Below are positions 38,720 to 52,130 of a DNA stretch of 64,000 nt, piece by piece. The position numbers and the translations under genes are program-made. The DNA is from Camelus dromedarius. Lineage: Eukaryota. Under the pieces are notes generated by a model that had not been told where the DNA came from, searched no databases, and saw only the letters and a program-made list of their open reading frames with translations. How positions within the stretch are numbered: the stretch's first letter is position 1; each line of letters begins with the position of its first letter. The DNA lies in the NCBI RefSeq assembly GCF_036321535.1, contig NC_087437.1, positions 36,334,001-36,398,000 of the forward strand, written 5' to 3'.

Positions 38720-39200
38720 AATGTAATCACTGGTGTTTCACGTTCTGGAGGTTTCCATCTCCTGCATTCACTGAACGTTAATCTCTACCTACATTTCTCA
38801 AGCTTAAGTGTCACCATCCTCCAAAAGCACCGGGGTCTCACCCTGGACTTTTGCAATAATTTCATAATTGTTAATCTGCTTTCACTTTTGCCTCCCTTGA
38901 TCCTCAGGAGCCATAGTGAACTTTTTGTAAGACAATTTTTATTTCACCACTTCCCTGCTTTAAGTTTGTTTGTTTCAATGGAAGCAAACTCATCCCCCAT
39001 GCAACATAGTTTACTTAGTCCTCTATAATTTAGCCCTTCCCAATCCCTCCACCCTCTCCTCTCTTTCCCCTTCCTTGCTCACTCTGCTCTAGCCACTTTG
39101 ACTTCTTTATGTTTCTTGTAATTGCCAAAATAATTCCTCATTCAGACACATTCCCAAAACTTTAGTCTTGCAGATATTCACAGGGCTAAGGTTTTATCTT
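38720..39200 (+). mobile_element. L2 fragment
   Basis: gtctcaccctggacttttgcaataat...ccttgctcactctgctctagccactttgacttctt. Confidence 0.7.
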
Positions 39201-39274
39201 AGCACATGTGTGGGCCACTAAAATAATGCTTAGTGTATCAGTACTTGTTACCATATGTTTACCGTATGTTGTTA

Positions 39275-39367
39275 TGTGTGTGTATGTGTGAATAGATATA
39301 CATATGTATATATACATATACCCATACACACACACACGCACACACACACACACACATATACGTATAC
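39275..39367. repeat. Compound (TG)/(TA)/(CA) microsatellite
   Basis: Directly visible dinucleotide runs. Confidence 0.9.
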
Positions 39368-39414
39368 ATCAGGGCTCCTATCCTTTAGCTCTGCCATCTC
39401 AGGATCTATCAAGT
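39368..39414 (-). pseudogene. Exon relic (about 47 nt)
   Basis: Acceptor tttgtctctttcttcctttcctatgggcag|, donor GAT|gtatac. Reads DLIDPEMAELKDRSPD. Confidence 0.5.
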
Positions 39415-40884
39415 CTGCCCATAGGAAAGGAAGAAAGAGACAAAACATCCCTTTCATTCACATTCCTCTGGTATTATGCATAAAACCTGATACTTCTTGT
39501 TTGTATTAATGATCAGCTACAATGTAAAGGGTCAAAAACATCATTATATTCCTAAACACAAATACATACTATTGCACTATAACATCATTCACTTCAAGTC
39601 CTTTATTTTGTAGTTAAAGAAACAAAGAAAGTTAATGTAACCTAGTTCCAAGTCACATAATTGGAACAAAACTGTTTCACTAACTCCCCATTTCAATGAC
39701 GCTAAGAATAATGGGATATTATATTTTAAAAAAATATTGTTTGCCCTAAATTGCTGTCTCTCTTTCATGCAGCCTACTAGTTTCTATCCAATATTTTGAA
39801 TGTAAAAGTGAAACTAAAAACAATATTGTGGTTTTAAAATTAACATTAGTTAGTGGTTAGTTTTCTGAAATAAGGTATTTAAAACTTTTACCACTTTAAC
39901 TGTTAAAGATAAAATGAGGAATGATTACAGTCACAAATTTAGTTTGAAAGAGAATAAAACAAATTTAATGAAAAACAGTGTGAAACTGTTCTAATCTTGA
40001 AGAAATTTTGTTAAGGAAGTAAAATATTTAACAACAAACCTCAATTTCTTTAAATCAAGCTCTGTAGTTCAAAGGATATCCCTAATCTGGTCTATTTTAT
40101 ATATCCTTAATAAATCCTGGTTTTATAAATCCCGATCCAGCAATCTTTCCTTCACCTATAAAGTTACTTAAGTATCTACTAGTCTTTAGGTTGCTCTTAA
40201 ATATTTAGAAATCTAACTTTCAATTTATAAATAATAATACTGAGAAAGAAAAGCTATAATTATAAAGACAAAATTATTCACTTAAGAGCATTACCTTTGT
40301 TCAATTACATTTTTATATATCCATTTACTTATTTAAAGTTTGCAAGAGAGTAATATCTGTACTTTTTCTGTTAAAGAAGAACATGTAAAATTGTAATAGT
40401 CATAATTGTATTAAAAAACCCAGTTGCCTCCTTAAAAATGTATTATGTTTTACTACTATAGGTATTATAATAATATTTTATATTTAGTTTTTTATATTAT
40501 AGATCACATAAAACAAAAGTGTTTTAATGTCAAATGAAAACTAAAATAGGTGTTTAATCTATTAAAAATACCATTGAACTGACAATAAAATGGGGTCCAA
40601 TTTTTTTTTTAGAAAACAAAATGACTATCATTTTAATTAAAAGATGATCTGGTTATTATTCCTGCCTAGAAAATCTACAAAAATGCTTGGGGTTATCACT
40701 GTAATAACCTTAATTATCATCTTTGGAGTCTAAACAAATTATCTGTGCTTTAGCTCTGCTGATGACCAAATGGAAACATTTTCATAGTGCTAAGTTGCAA
40801 ATTCAGTGCCAAAAAAAGCTGCAAATAAGACATTTTATAGCAATTTCATACACTTCCTAAATATTTGAGATTGCTGATCATCAC

Positions 40885-41001
40885 CCATGTAATCTTTCTG
40901 TTTCTATAGTCTCAAAGTTTTATTACAGATCTACAGGATGGGCAGATATAAAATTTCTGGGCCACAGCAGCTAACAACTGGTATTGATCCTCTGTGCAAC
41001 T
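40885..41001 (-). pseudogene. Exon relic (117 nt)
   Basis: Acceptor ctcctttttcctcctaacag|, donor TGG|gtgatg. Reads LHRGSIPVVSCCGPEILYLPIL*ICNKTLRL*KQKDYM, in phase with the 39414 exon. Confidence 0.55.
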
Positions 41002-41516
41002 CTGTTAGGAGGAAAAAGGAGTATATAAATGTGGTGCTCTGTGGGGGAAAGTTCCGGCTTTGGAAGACCAGCTCTAAGCTGGGGTTACATGTAGTTTTCA
41101 TTGATTAAAAGTAAATTAAAATCATTTTGTAAAAGGTATAAAATGGAGTTTTAATTGAATTTTTTGTGTAATAAGAAAACTTAAAAGTCAAATTGTCAGC
41201 TTGTCACTTTTGCTAGACTCTTTATTATTGTTCTACTTTTTTTTATGGACTCCCTAGGATTTGTAATATTCTTTCCATGTTTATTTCCAAAGTGCACACA
41301 CATAACTTTCAAAGTACATTTTTTTCTTAAAAATTTTATATTAATATTTTAAAACATCTTTTATTTTTACTGAAATACATAAAATAGCAAATAACCCCAA
41401 ATTAATAGTATTAGTATAATTTTAAAATCACTCTAACCTGGTGACAAATGTCCTTGAAAAATGTCTTTTATATTTTGTATTTATACAACCTGAAAGGTTA
41501 CAAGTCATAGACTTAC

Positions 41517-41666
41517 ATAGTATGCAGGAAATTTTTACAGTAATAGATACTGTAATGGCAGTGATTTTATTGCTGGTAAGGTTTTGTCCTTTCCCCAGAA
41601 AATGGAAATTCCGGACCATCTCCAGCATTGCTTCTTCTTTAGAATCTTCATTCAGAGAATATGTTT
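41517..41666 (-). pseudogene. Exon relic (acceptor AG apparently mutated)
   Basis: Pyrimidine tract ctatttccttctgtctg, donor TAT|gtaagt. Open frame TYSLNEDSKEEAMLEMVRNFHFLGKGQNLTSNKITAITVSITVKISCIL. Confidence 0.4.
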
Positions 41667-42060
41667 CAGACAGAAGGAAATAGAGGTAGTCTAGTATATG
41701 ACATTCCTCAATCTTATTTCTTGGTTTTAAAATTTATTTTAATTCAATTCTGTAAATTACTTTCTTCCAAGTTGACACTGAAGTATTGCCCAACTGATTC
41801 AGTATATTCTTTGTGAGTGTTTGATACATTTTATTTCAAGCAGTTTTCCCTTGAATAAAACACATTCATTTAAGGGAACTATAGTTGTTTAGGTTGGTAG
41901 ATATGGGAGGATAGAGATATAGGGCTGAATAAACTCAGACACAGAAATTAATGATTGCACCTAAGTGGGACATAGATAAAAGAAGAGACAACAATTACAT
42001 AACTGTCTTAAGAAAGACAGATACTATTTTGGTGAAGACATGAGATTTTCCATGGTATAT

Positions 42061-42704
42061 TGAAACCGAGCAGGACTACGTGGGGGTTTCCCATGGACAG
42101 CCCCACCCCACCCCTGCCTCTTGTTTGTAAAGAAGCTTTAGCCTCCTAGACCTTCCCCAATTTCTAAAGAACAAATTTAATCAGAAAATTTTTTTTAATG
42201 CAGAAACAAAAGGAAAACAGTCAAGCAAGACAAAATAATAATAGTTTAGCAATAAACCACAGTCAAGGACCATTAGTTCCTCCTCAAGGGCTATAGATAA
42301 TATCCTGAGCCATATCCTGAAGTTTTTGTTTTGTTTTGTTTTGTTTTTGGCAGAGACTAAAACCGCCACCAGGTGTAATTAGTTAACTGCATGCTGACCA
42401 CCAGCAGGGAGACCCCCCCCAGACCAGTTGCGCTGATGATTGAGATTCCCAAAACATCACTTAGTTACCTCACCATCAGCCAGTCAGAGAATTGTACACA
42501 AGCTGATCACATACTCTGTGACCCTCTCCCTCACACTGTCTTTAAAACCCTTCCCTAAAAACCATCAGGAAATTTTGGTCTTTTGAGCATGAACTTGGCC
42601 TTGCTTGGCCCTGCAATAAATGTTGTACTTTCAGCACAACACGGTATCAGTAGATTGCTTTTGCTATGCCTCTAGCAAATGAACCAAGTTTGGTTCATTA
42701 ACCA
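42061..42704 (+). mobile_element. ERV1-class solo LTR
   Basis: Starts tgaaaccgagcaggac; TATA-like tttaaaa; poly(A) signal gcaataaatg; terminal gaaccaagtttggttc hairpin. Confidence 0.85.
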
Positions 42705-43074
42705 TACAACTTTAGTCATAAATGATAGTGATATAATATGTAAAATTACAGGATATCTTCTGAAGATTTGAAAGGAAAGAGATTTCTTATTAGCATAGTT
42801 AGAATACCATGGGTTAAGATAATTTTGAGAATTATAGAAACTAGTGGTGGAGGGAATGTCAGAAGGAATGGTCTGAAAGAAACCATAGTAATAGGAAAGC
42901 ATTCCTATTTTTGGAAAAGGAATGATTTTTATGCATCAGGAAGATCAGTGAGAACTTTTGCATTATAATCTTCTCAAGATAATAGCTATAACATTTTTTT
43001 TGCTCTTTTTTAAGTTTAAATCAGCTTGTATTTGCTTTTGATTTTTTTTTGATGTTTTATATTTATGTAGAGTT

Positions 43075-43310
43075 AGGACAGCAAAATAGTAGCATATTTT
43101 CTGAATCAGGCTTTCTGGGCTTTTAATTCCACATCTGGGTAAATTTCTTAAACTCTATGGCTTATGTATAATAAAATAGTGAATGATAAAAAGTGTCCAC
43201 CTAATACAATTGTTTGGGGGATTCAATGGATTAATACATGAAAAAATCTTAGAATAGACCTGTTTACATTGTAAGTATCACATAAATGTTTACCCTAAGT
43301 ATCATTATCA
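43075..43310 (+). mobile_element. MIR SINE
   Basis: tctgggtaaatttcttaaactctatg...ataaaatagtgaatgataaaaagtgtccacctaatacaattgtttggggattcaatg. Confidence 0.75.
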
Positions 43311-43629
43311 GTATTTAGTGGTTAGAATGTTCAGTATGAGCTAATATGTAAGAATCAGTGCTAAATTGACAAATACCTAAATGGAGGAAGTTGAAGATCT
43401 GTAGATATATGAATTAAAATAAAAATCATCCTTGCAACTGCTTCAGGAAGAATACCTCCAAATACAAACATGATATATGCTACGTGCAAAAATATGTTTT
43501 GCAAAATGTTTTTTAATTAAATGCTTAAATATCCTAGTTTTCCAGCAAAACAAAAACACTTTGTAATGTTTTGTTAGCATTTTGGAGAAGTATTTGGTGT
43601 AAAATTAGAAAATAGCAAAATAAATCATT

Positions 43630-43960
43630 AAGCGCTCTTGTGCTCCAAGTCCTCAGGGAGAAGCCAGTGCTCCTGGCTCCCTCCAGTCCCAACCCTGTCC
43701 ACCCAGGAGAGCAGCACCAGGGGCCTGGCAGAACCAGCCTAGGAAGCCATCTGTGAGGTACACAACAATGACCCAACCAGGCTGGTGAAGATCCTGCATG
43801 AAAGGCCGGGTTGAGGAGTGGGGTGACTGTTCAGGCTGAGCCTGCCTGGCTCTGGAACCTTGACACATTCACAGTTGGGTTCAGTACAGCCCTTGGGAAG
43901 CTGGCCTTCCTCTCTTCACTCCTCCTCATATAAAATCAGCACATTGTTTATGAAACAAAC
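43630..43960 (+). pseudogene. Possible 5'-truncated retrocopy of an unidentified GC-rich mRNA
   Basis: Abrupt GC-rich island. A frame ends ...EAICEVHNNDPTRLVKILHERPG*, followed by a short UTR-like stretch, atataaaa and an A-rich end. No clear TSD. Confidence 0.4.
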
Positions 43961-44344
43961 ACATGAAACTTAATTGAATTTCAGCTACTGCTCTTAAATT
44001 TAATTGGCTAGCACATGCTTTTAAAATGTACTAGTTCATTTCAAAAATAATTATTTTTAAAATAGACATTTAGTAACTTGATAAATAATATTCCTTAATT
44101 TTTTCTAAGCAGGTAGATAATGCAACTTATATGAAAAGCTCTGACTTAAAACTTTTAGAAATACCTTATAAGGTGACACTAGTTAAAATAATTTGAAAAG
44201 ATTTTAAGTTGTGCAATCTTTAGAAGCATAATGATTATATCAGCATTTGAAAATCAGGAATCTCTGATTCCTTACATAGCAAGTTTCACTATTTATGGTT
44301 CCAACTTGACTCAAGTGAGATTATAACTAGTAGATATTCAACTT

Positions 44345-45160
44345 TTCTTTTAAACTTAATTAATTAGTTGACTGATTAAAGTATAGTCAATTATAATGTG
44401 TCAATTTCTGGTATATAGTGTAATGTTTCACTCATACATATATATATTTTCATATTCTTTTTCATCATAGGTTACTACACGATCTTGAATATAGTTCCCT
44501 GTGCTATACAGAAGAAATTTTTTTTTTATCTATTTTATATAACAGTTAATATATTTACAAATCTCAGACTCTCAATTTCTCCCTTCCCACTCCCTTCCCC
44601 TCAGTGACCATAAGTTTGTTTACTGTGTCTGCAAATCTGTTTCTGTTTTGTAGATAAGTTTATTAGTGTCTTCTTTTTTGTTTTCATTTTTTTTTAAAGA
44701 TTCTACATATGAGTTATATCATATGGTATTTTTCTTTCTCTTTCTGGCTTACTTCACTTAGAATATGATCTCCAGATCCATCCATGTTGCTGCAAATGGC
44801 ATTATTTCATTCTTTTTATAGCTAAGTAGTATTCCATTGTATAAATATACTACAGATTCTTTATCCCATGTTGATGGACATTTAGGTTGTTTCTATGTCT
44901 TGGTTATTGTATATAGTGCTGCTATGAAAACTGGGGTGCATTTCTATTTGAGTTCCTTTTATACTTTCCTAAGTATGTGGATGACATGATACTATACACA
45001 GAAAACTCTAAAAGCTCCACACAAAAACTATTAGAGCTGATAAAAGAATTTGGCAAGGTATCAGAATATAAGATTAACATACAGAAATCAGTTGCATTTC
45101 TTTACACTAACAATGAAATATCAAAAAATGAAAGTAAAGAAACAATCCCTTTAAAAAATC
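44345..45160 (-). mobile_element. Young L1 3' end (minus) fused to a plus-strand ORF2 RT piece (44975-45160)
   Basis: Minus-strand 3' UTR/ORF2 end, then [47 protein letters not shown] on the plus strand. Confidence 0.85.
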
Positions 45161-45419
45161 GGTTTATTTCACTGCTAACCTAAAAATAGTAGTCCTGTAA
45201 TTTTTTTTGAAAGATGCTTCTATATTAAACATAATAGCAAAATTTTTGTGTGCTTGTAATATTTTAGACTTCCTTTTCAGTACTTTGCATTAATGTTCAC
45301 AATTGAATGTTACAGCATCCTTAAGGAGCATATATTCTTAGCATCCTTAATTTAAAGATGGAAAAGAGCACTTTGTTTTTTAAATAAACTTTCCCACAAT
45401 CTCAGAGCTAGAAATTACA

Positions 45420-46627
45420 GAGCTGGTTCCAGTAATGGCAGAGTAGCTTATATCAAATTAGCCCTCCTGCAGAAAACATTACCAACTGTTGGGCAAATAT
45501 TTAAAAAAAAAATCATTTTTAAAGGTACTGAAGAGTGACCAAAAGCATGCAGTTCAAGATGGAATTTAACCCATGAATGAAAGGATGTAATTTGAGTGAG
45601 ATCTTCATTTGTAAGGCTTTTCCCCTATTGAGCAGAACACAGCAGAAAGTCACACTCTTATTGGCCTGAAGAAAATGGGACATTAAAAGACTGGAAAATG
45701 AAAGGGATATTGGGATATGAGAGAGCTATAAATGGTAAGCCAAAACTATGCATACAAATTCCCTTAGATTTTTGATTAACTGCAGAACTGCAGACAAGAT
45801 TCCAAAGATCAGAGGGAGAAAACCACAGATGGAAAGCTTAAAGACCTGAGTAGAGATTTCAGCTATTTCCCAATGCAGCTTGGAGTAGAGTCTTGACAAA
45901 ATGGAGAAATCTCCCAAATACCTTGAACTTTACATGAATATTACAGGAGGGCTGCATTTATGAGTAAGATGTTATCCTCTGGACTAAGCACAAAATTAAA
46001 TAGACACACATTGCAAAATATCAAGTCAAATATCTGCAAATTTAAGGTAATATCCTGCTTTTTTAACTGGCCATTACCACTAAACTTAATTTTCAGAAGA
46101 AAATAACAAAATCAAAATATCATAACATATCATCCAGTATACAGTTAAAACTTAACCTAGATGAGATTAAAGAGAAAATGTAATCCAGAATCAAAAGAAA
46201 AGACCAGTCTGTGGAAACAGAAACACAAATAGAGCAGGTATTGAAATAACTATAACACAAGCTTAAGATTCTATAGAAAGTAGGAAATAATGGATGAAGA
46301 AATGGGGAATTTCCTATAAAATTAGGAAAGTATAAAAGGAACTCAAATAGAAATCTTAGAATTGAAAAATAAAATATCTGAAATTAAAAAATTTACTAGA
46401 TGGCGTTAAGAGCACATTGGACATCCCACAAGAAAGGATTACTCAATATGAAATCAGGTTAATTGAAATCATATAAGCTAAAGCACAGAAAGGGAGAAAA
46501 AAGAAGTCAAAGAGATTTAATGATCAGTGGACAGTTCAAAATACATGTAATTTCAGTCTCAAAAAGAGAGGAAAGATAAAATGGGACAGAAGAAATACAC
46601 TTAAAGAAATACTGGCTGAAAATTTTC
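45420..46627 (+). mobile_element. Old L1 5' UTR/ORF1 fragment (resumes briefly at 47699-47745)
   Basis: aactcaaatagaaatcttagaattgaaaaataaaatatctgaaattaaaaa...ttaaagaaatactggctgaaaatttt. Confidence 0.8.
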
Positions 46628-47698
46628 TTTTTTATTCTATAGGTATATTTTATTGACGTATAGTCAGTTTACAATGTGTCAATTTCTGGTATATAGCACA
46701 ATGCTTCAGTCATAAATGAATATATATGTGTGTGTGTGTATATAACACACACACATATATATTCATTTTCATACTTTTCACCACAAGTTACTACAAGATA
46801 TCATAGTTCTCTGCACAATACAGCACGAACTTGTTGTTTATCTATTCTATATATATCAGTTAGTATCTGCAAATCTCTAACTCCCGATTTATCCCCGCCA
46901 ACTCTCCTCCCCTCCTGGTAACCACAAGTTTGCTCTCTAAATCTGAGAGTCTGTTTCTGTTTTACAATAAGTTTGCATAAGTTCGTTTGTCTTTTTTTTA
47001 GTTTCCACGTATAAGTGATATCATATGGCATTTTTTTTTCTCTTTATGGCTTATTTCACTTAGAATGACAATCTCCAGGTCTATCTGTATTGCTGCAAAT
47101 GGCATTATTTTATTCTTTTTTATGGTAGAGTAGTATTCCATTGTATAAATATACTACAACTTCTTTATTCAGTCATTTGTTGATGGACATTTAGGTAGTT
47201 TCCATGTCTTGGCTATTGTAAATAGTGCTGCTATGAACATTGGGTGCATGTGTCTCTTTGAATTAAAGTTCCCTGTGGATATATGCCCAGGAGTGGGATG
47301 GCTGGGTCATGTGGTAAGTCTATTTTTGGTCTTTTGAGGATTCTCCATACTGTTTTCCATGATGGCTGCACCAAACTACGTTCCCACCAACAGTGCAGGA
47401 AGGTTCCCTTTTCTCCACACCCTCTCCAGCATTTATCACTTGTGGACTTCTGAATGATGGCCATTCTGACTGGTGTGAGGTGATGCCTCATGGTAATTTT
47501 GATTTGCATTTCTCTGATAATTAGTGATATTGAGCATTTTTTTATGTGCCTAATGACGATTTGTATGTCTTCACTGGAGAATTGCTTGTTTAGGTCTTCT
47601 GCCCATTTTTGGATTGGGTGGCTTTTTTTTCCTTGTTAAGTTGTATGAGCTGTTTAAATATTCTGGAAATTAAGATAAGGGCTTAATTTACAGAATAT
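46628..47698 (-). mobile_element. Young 5'-truncated L1 with short 5' inversion
   Basis: ORF2 C-terminus [22 protein letters not shown]...[20 protein letters not shown] aaaattttc (46619-46627 / 47699-47707). Confidence 0.95.
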
Positions 47699-47769
47699 AA
47701 AATTTTCAAAATTTAATAAAAAAAGAGCAAGCTACAGAATTAATAATGCCAAGATATTTCAAGGTAATT

Positions 47770-48244
47770 GTTGGGTATTCTGCAGTCCTGTGTGTATTAT
47801 GAGCAGAGATCCTGACTAACTTTGTTCCAGATTATTTCGTCGAAGATATTTGTATAGTGAATACCCTTGGAAAATAGGCGGATGTGTCTTTCTCCAGAGC
47901 AAAGAGCAGGGTTTTTGGTTTGTTTTTGTTTCCTTGCCTACTATAATGAAAACAAAGTCATCTTGAAATGCAAAGGACAGGGAATCTATTGTCCATTACG
48001 GAGGATTCAGATTCCCTGACTTCAGAGTTTATCTTCTGTACTGGAACCCACTGTGTACAAGTGGTTCTTCTTATCCTCTTTGCAATATCCTCAGGGAATT
48101 AAGATTCTGGAAACTAGTGGAAATGTTGACACTCTGGCTACTGTGTTTGCTCTGAGTCATAAAGTTTTCTGTTCCTGATTGTGGTAGGCTAATGTGTTGG
48201 CTGTAAGTAAGGTAAATGTTTTATATCCTTCACTATTCTTTACA
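47770..48244 (+). mobile_element. LTR40-like ERVL solo LTR
   Basis: atgttgacactctggctactgtgtttgctctgagtcataaag...gtggtaggctaatgtgttggctgtaagtaaggtaaa...ccttcactattctttaca. Confidence 0.75.
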
Positions 48245-48559
48245 GTAGTCAGAATTCCAGAACCTGCAGCCCAAAGGAGAGTGGGGGTTGGGAGGGTACT
48301 AGAGAGAGAGAAAGAGGAGAAAAGAAGGGAAAGAGGAAAAAAAAAAAAGGATGAATAATCACAACAGATTATATTAATGTTTAAACTAGGAGAGGCTAAG
48401 CATCATGTATTAAAAAGGCACTAGCTAGATACCAAATCTTGAACTCAGATTAAGACTAATGTTTATTAACTGTAGGTCAGAGTTGTATTCAATTTTAGAT
48501 TAGGGAACATATTAAAAAATGGTGGGACCTAAATGATGGTAAGATTGTTTTGTGAAAAG

Positions 48560-48810
48560 AAGTTGAAAGCCTGCATGTGCGTACTTCAGAGAAGAGAAGA
48601 ATGAGAAGAGACTTAAGAAAGTTCTAATATATGTTTGAAGGATCAACACGCAAATGTGGTAATAGAAAGTGTTCTCTTCCTCCTGGATAAGACTAGGACA
48701 AATAAGCTGAAACTGAAGACATACTTGAGTTGACCATAGATCTTTTTGATGAATAGAGCTGCTCATTGGTAGAATAAGCCTTCCAGGAATAAAAGAAGTT
48801 CCCTTTTTAA
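48560..48810 (+). mobile_element. L3/CR1 fragment
   Basis: gagaagagaagaatgagaagagacttaagaaagttctaatatatgtttgaagg. Confidence 0.55.
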
Positions 48811-49421
48811 GAAGAATGGCCATTTATCAGCTTGAATTCTAACTTAAACTCTAATACTATGTTCATGTATGAATGGTTAAATATAATACAACCATTCCTG
48901 CATCTGTAAAACAAATAGTTTTAAGAAAGTTATCAGATTTGAAAGTCACTTCTTTCTCTAACCATTTGAATTTCCAGACACATAGAGAAATAAGGGTGAT
49001 AATCAAGAACAGACTTGAGATGCCAATTTGAGATTTCCAATTAGAATTTAGACACCAGATTTGTATATCAAAAATAAAAATGATGTCAGAAAGATGGTAT
49101 CTTTTTTCTCTATTTAAATATGCTAAACCTATCTCATTGTTTTTAAATATGTAAATTAATTATTCATCCCAATAGACCTCTATTATTTATTGTACTTTGA
49201 AGGAGTTCCATGATACAGTAATTATTTAAACTAAACTATCTGCTGGATACTAGCAAGCTGGTTGGAATTAGGACATGGCTGTAGATGAAGTAGGATGAGA
49301 ATCACAAACTTTGAATGCTAACTCTGCTTTCTGCTGAGAGAATGATAGCATCTGAATATCAACTCTGACATGTGTATTCCAGAAAGTGGATTTCTTAGTG
49401 AAAAATTGGAAAGAAAATTAC

Positions 49422-49560
49422 CTCTCATATTATATTTCTCTAATATCATGGAAGAAAAGCAGAATTGATGTGAAACTGATTTGTTGGCTTGATTTTTGTC
49501 ATAGCTCTGCTAATGCACTATTCTACCAGGAAAATCCTTCTACTGCAGCCAAAGAAGTGT
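49422..49560 (-). pseudogene. Possible exon relic (139 nt)
   Basis: Acceptor taatacacag|, donor GAG|gtaatt; frame unresolved. Confidence 0.3.
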
Positions 49561-50449
49561 CTGTGTATTATTAGACAGAGGAGTAAAACATGATTATACT
49601 AACCTTCCTTTGTCTAATAATCTTAAAATATGAACAGCTAAAATAAAACTGAACTGCAAAGAACTTGATCATTGAAAAATGCTAATTTAGACAGTATTGG
49701 AGAGTTTTCCGATTACTTGGTTTTATAACTTCTATTTTATTTTTCATATTTTAAATCTAATTCGTCATGGTAATTATGTTCAGAGGAATGCATTTGAATA
49801 TTCTCAGCATGAGCTTATATTTATATTGCCAAAAATAAAAATCACTTTAAATTACAACAGTGTTTGACACTCTATACTCATCAACAAGATAGAGAACAGA
49901 AATATGTCTCATAAAGTCTTGGTTTTGTTACAAAGTTAAATGTACCTTGAATTTATTTTAACAGCTTTAGAGACAGAAAATTAGATTTTTTTAAGCAGAC
50001 AAATATGTGACCTCTCTAATAAATAAACTGAGCTCTGTTGTATCCTTGTAAACAATTTCCTACAAAACACACTGTCTTGAACACTGAGGCATGGTCACAT
50101 GTGGCATCAGGTAAACACATATACACACCTTGGTGAAAACAGTATTTCTTCATTAGATAAGGACATTTCTAAAATCTATAAAATAAAATAGAAATTCAAT
50201 AATTTTAAAATAAAAAGGAAAGCAAATATAAAGGAATGGACAGAAATATAACTGAAAGAGTAATAAACTTGAGAAATGCCAACATATGTTGTAAAAGAGA
50301 CAGTTGTCCAAACAACTGGAGAGTATTCTATGAGATAGCAATGTGACAGCTCTCAAGTAGAGGATCAGAGCAGACAGCATGAAATCCTAATGAATGGATT
50401 ATTTCAACCGTGGAAGAATCAGAAAATAGATGTCATCCTGACATCTAGT

Positions 50450-52130
50450 CTTCAACAAATAAAATAGTTATTAATTGCCTACCATATGCCAAGAACTGTT
50501 CTCAATGTTGGGCATAAAAAAAGGAGCAAACAGACACATTCTCTGATTTTATGGATTCTGCATTCTAATGGGTAGGTCAAATGCAAAAGAAAAATAAATA
50601 AATGAATAAGCATACTTATATAACAAAATACCATCTAAATAGGTTCCGTAAAGATACTTTAAGCAGGGTAAGACGATAAAGCATGATATGGACATCAAGG
50701 AAAGCCCCTCTCTAAGAAAATGACTTCTGAGCAGAGATCCAAAGGAAGTGAATGAGCCGTCACATAAATACATATGTGAGGAGTTTTCCAGGCAATGAGT
50801 GTAGTAGATACTAAGATGGGGTAAATATTTTAGGAAGATTTTGAGATGGCAAGGGGCAGCACACCTAGAGTTCCATGATCATAAGGAATTTGTTAGAACA
50901 TGAAATCCAAGAGCAAACTATATATAGTGGATAATATAGGACCTTTTATTATACGGAAAGCATTTGAAATGTTACCCTAAATGATTAAGGAACCTTTAGA
51001 GGTTAAGTGTCTGGGTGTGAGGGGTAGAGCATGAATGAATTTACATTCATAATGATCACTAGATACAGTTTAAAAATGGACAAATAAAGATTCATTAGGA
51101 TGCTGTGGCATTAATTTAAATGAAGTATGAAGTGTGATTAGTCTAAGGTGGAGGTAATAAAAAGCAGTCTAATTCTGGAATTAATTTGGAAATATCTATG
51201 ACAGGATTTGATGATGTTTTGTATATAGAGTGTGGAAGAAAGAAGGGAGTCCAGGATGGCTCCAAGTTTTTTGACCTGAGAATAGTGGCAGTAATAATTA
51301 CTAATTAAATAAACACTGGAAGAAGCAAGTTTGGAAAAGGCTAGTTTGATTTTGGGCAATTTTAATGTGAGATGCCTATGAGACATTCAAGAGGAGATAG
51401 TAGTGACTTTGAAATGTGAGTCAAGATAGAAAAGAAATGTCATGGCTAGGGATATATATTTGAGAATCATCAGAATAGATGTTACATTTAAGGTCATGCA
51501 GCTGGATAAGATCCTGTACAGAGTGAGTTAAAATAAGGAAGAGAAGAGGTCAGAGAGCATTGAGCCATGGTGCATCCAATGTTTGAGTGGTCAGAAAATA
51601 AGAACATTCCAGCAAAAATGACTCAGAATAAATAACTAGTGAAATAGGAGAAAAACTTAATGAAGCACAAGGAGATTTGCTCAGATATTTACTGTGAGAA
51701 CCTGGTTGATCTCCTGGTGGTAAAACTCAACAAAAAGATCATTTGACCTCAACCTGCTGTGTGGAGAGTGGATTTAATAGATCCACTGAAAATAAGAGAA
51801 ATGATACATTTCGTTTGGTAAGGTGGCGTATCTTAACAAGATAACCTGAAGCAAGAACCAGGACAAAGGAGATAATGAAACTGAAATCATAGTTAATAAA
51901 GTATTATGAAAATATTGGAAAAAAACCAAAACCAAAACATAAGCATGAGCTCATGTGTACTCTTGCCTGAAGCAAACGTGGAAAAATCCTTAGGAAAGGA
52001 AAGCGTGATTGATTGTGCCAAGTGATTCTAAAATTGAGAAAATTAGGAAAGAGCATTTAATTTGACAACAAAGAAAACATCTGTAATATTCATGTGCATT
52101 TGTTTAGGAAAAGTACAGGTATGGAAGCCT
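50450..52130 (-). mobile_element. L2 LINE, long fragment
   Basis: ttcaacaaata...ttattaattgcctaccatatgccaagaactgttct; agggagtccaggatggctccaagttttttgacctgag. Confidence 0.85.
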
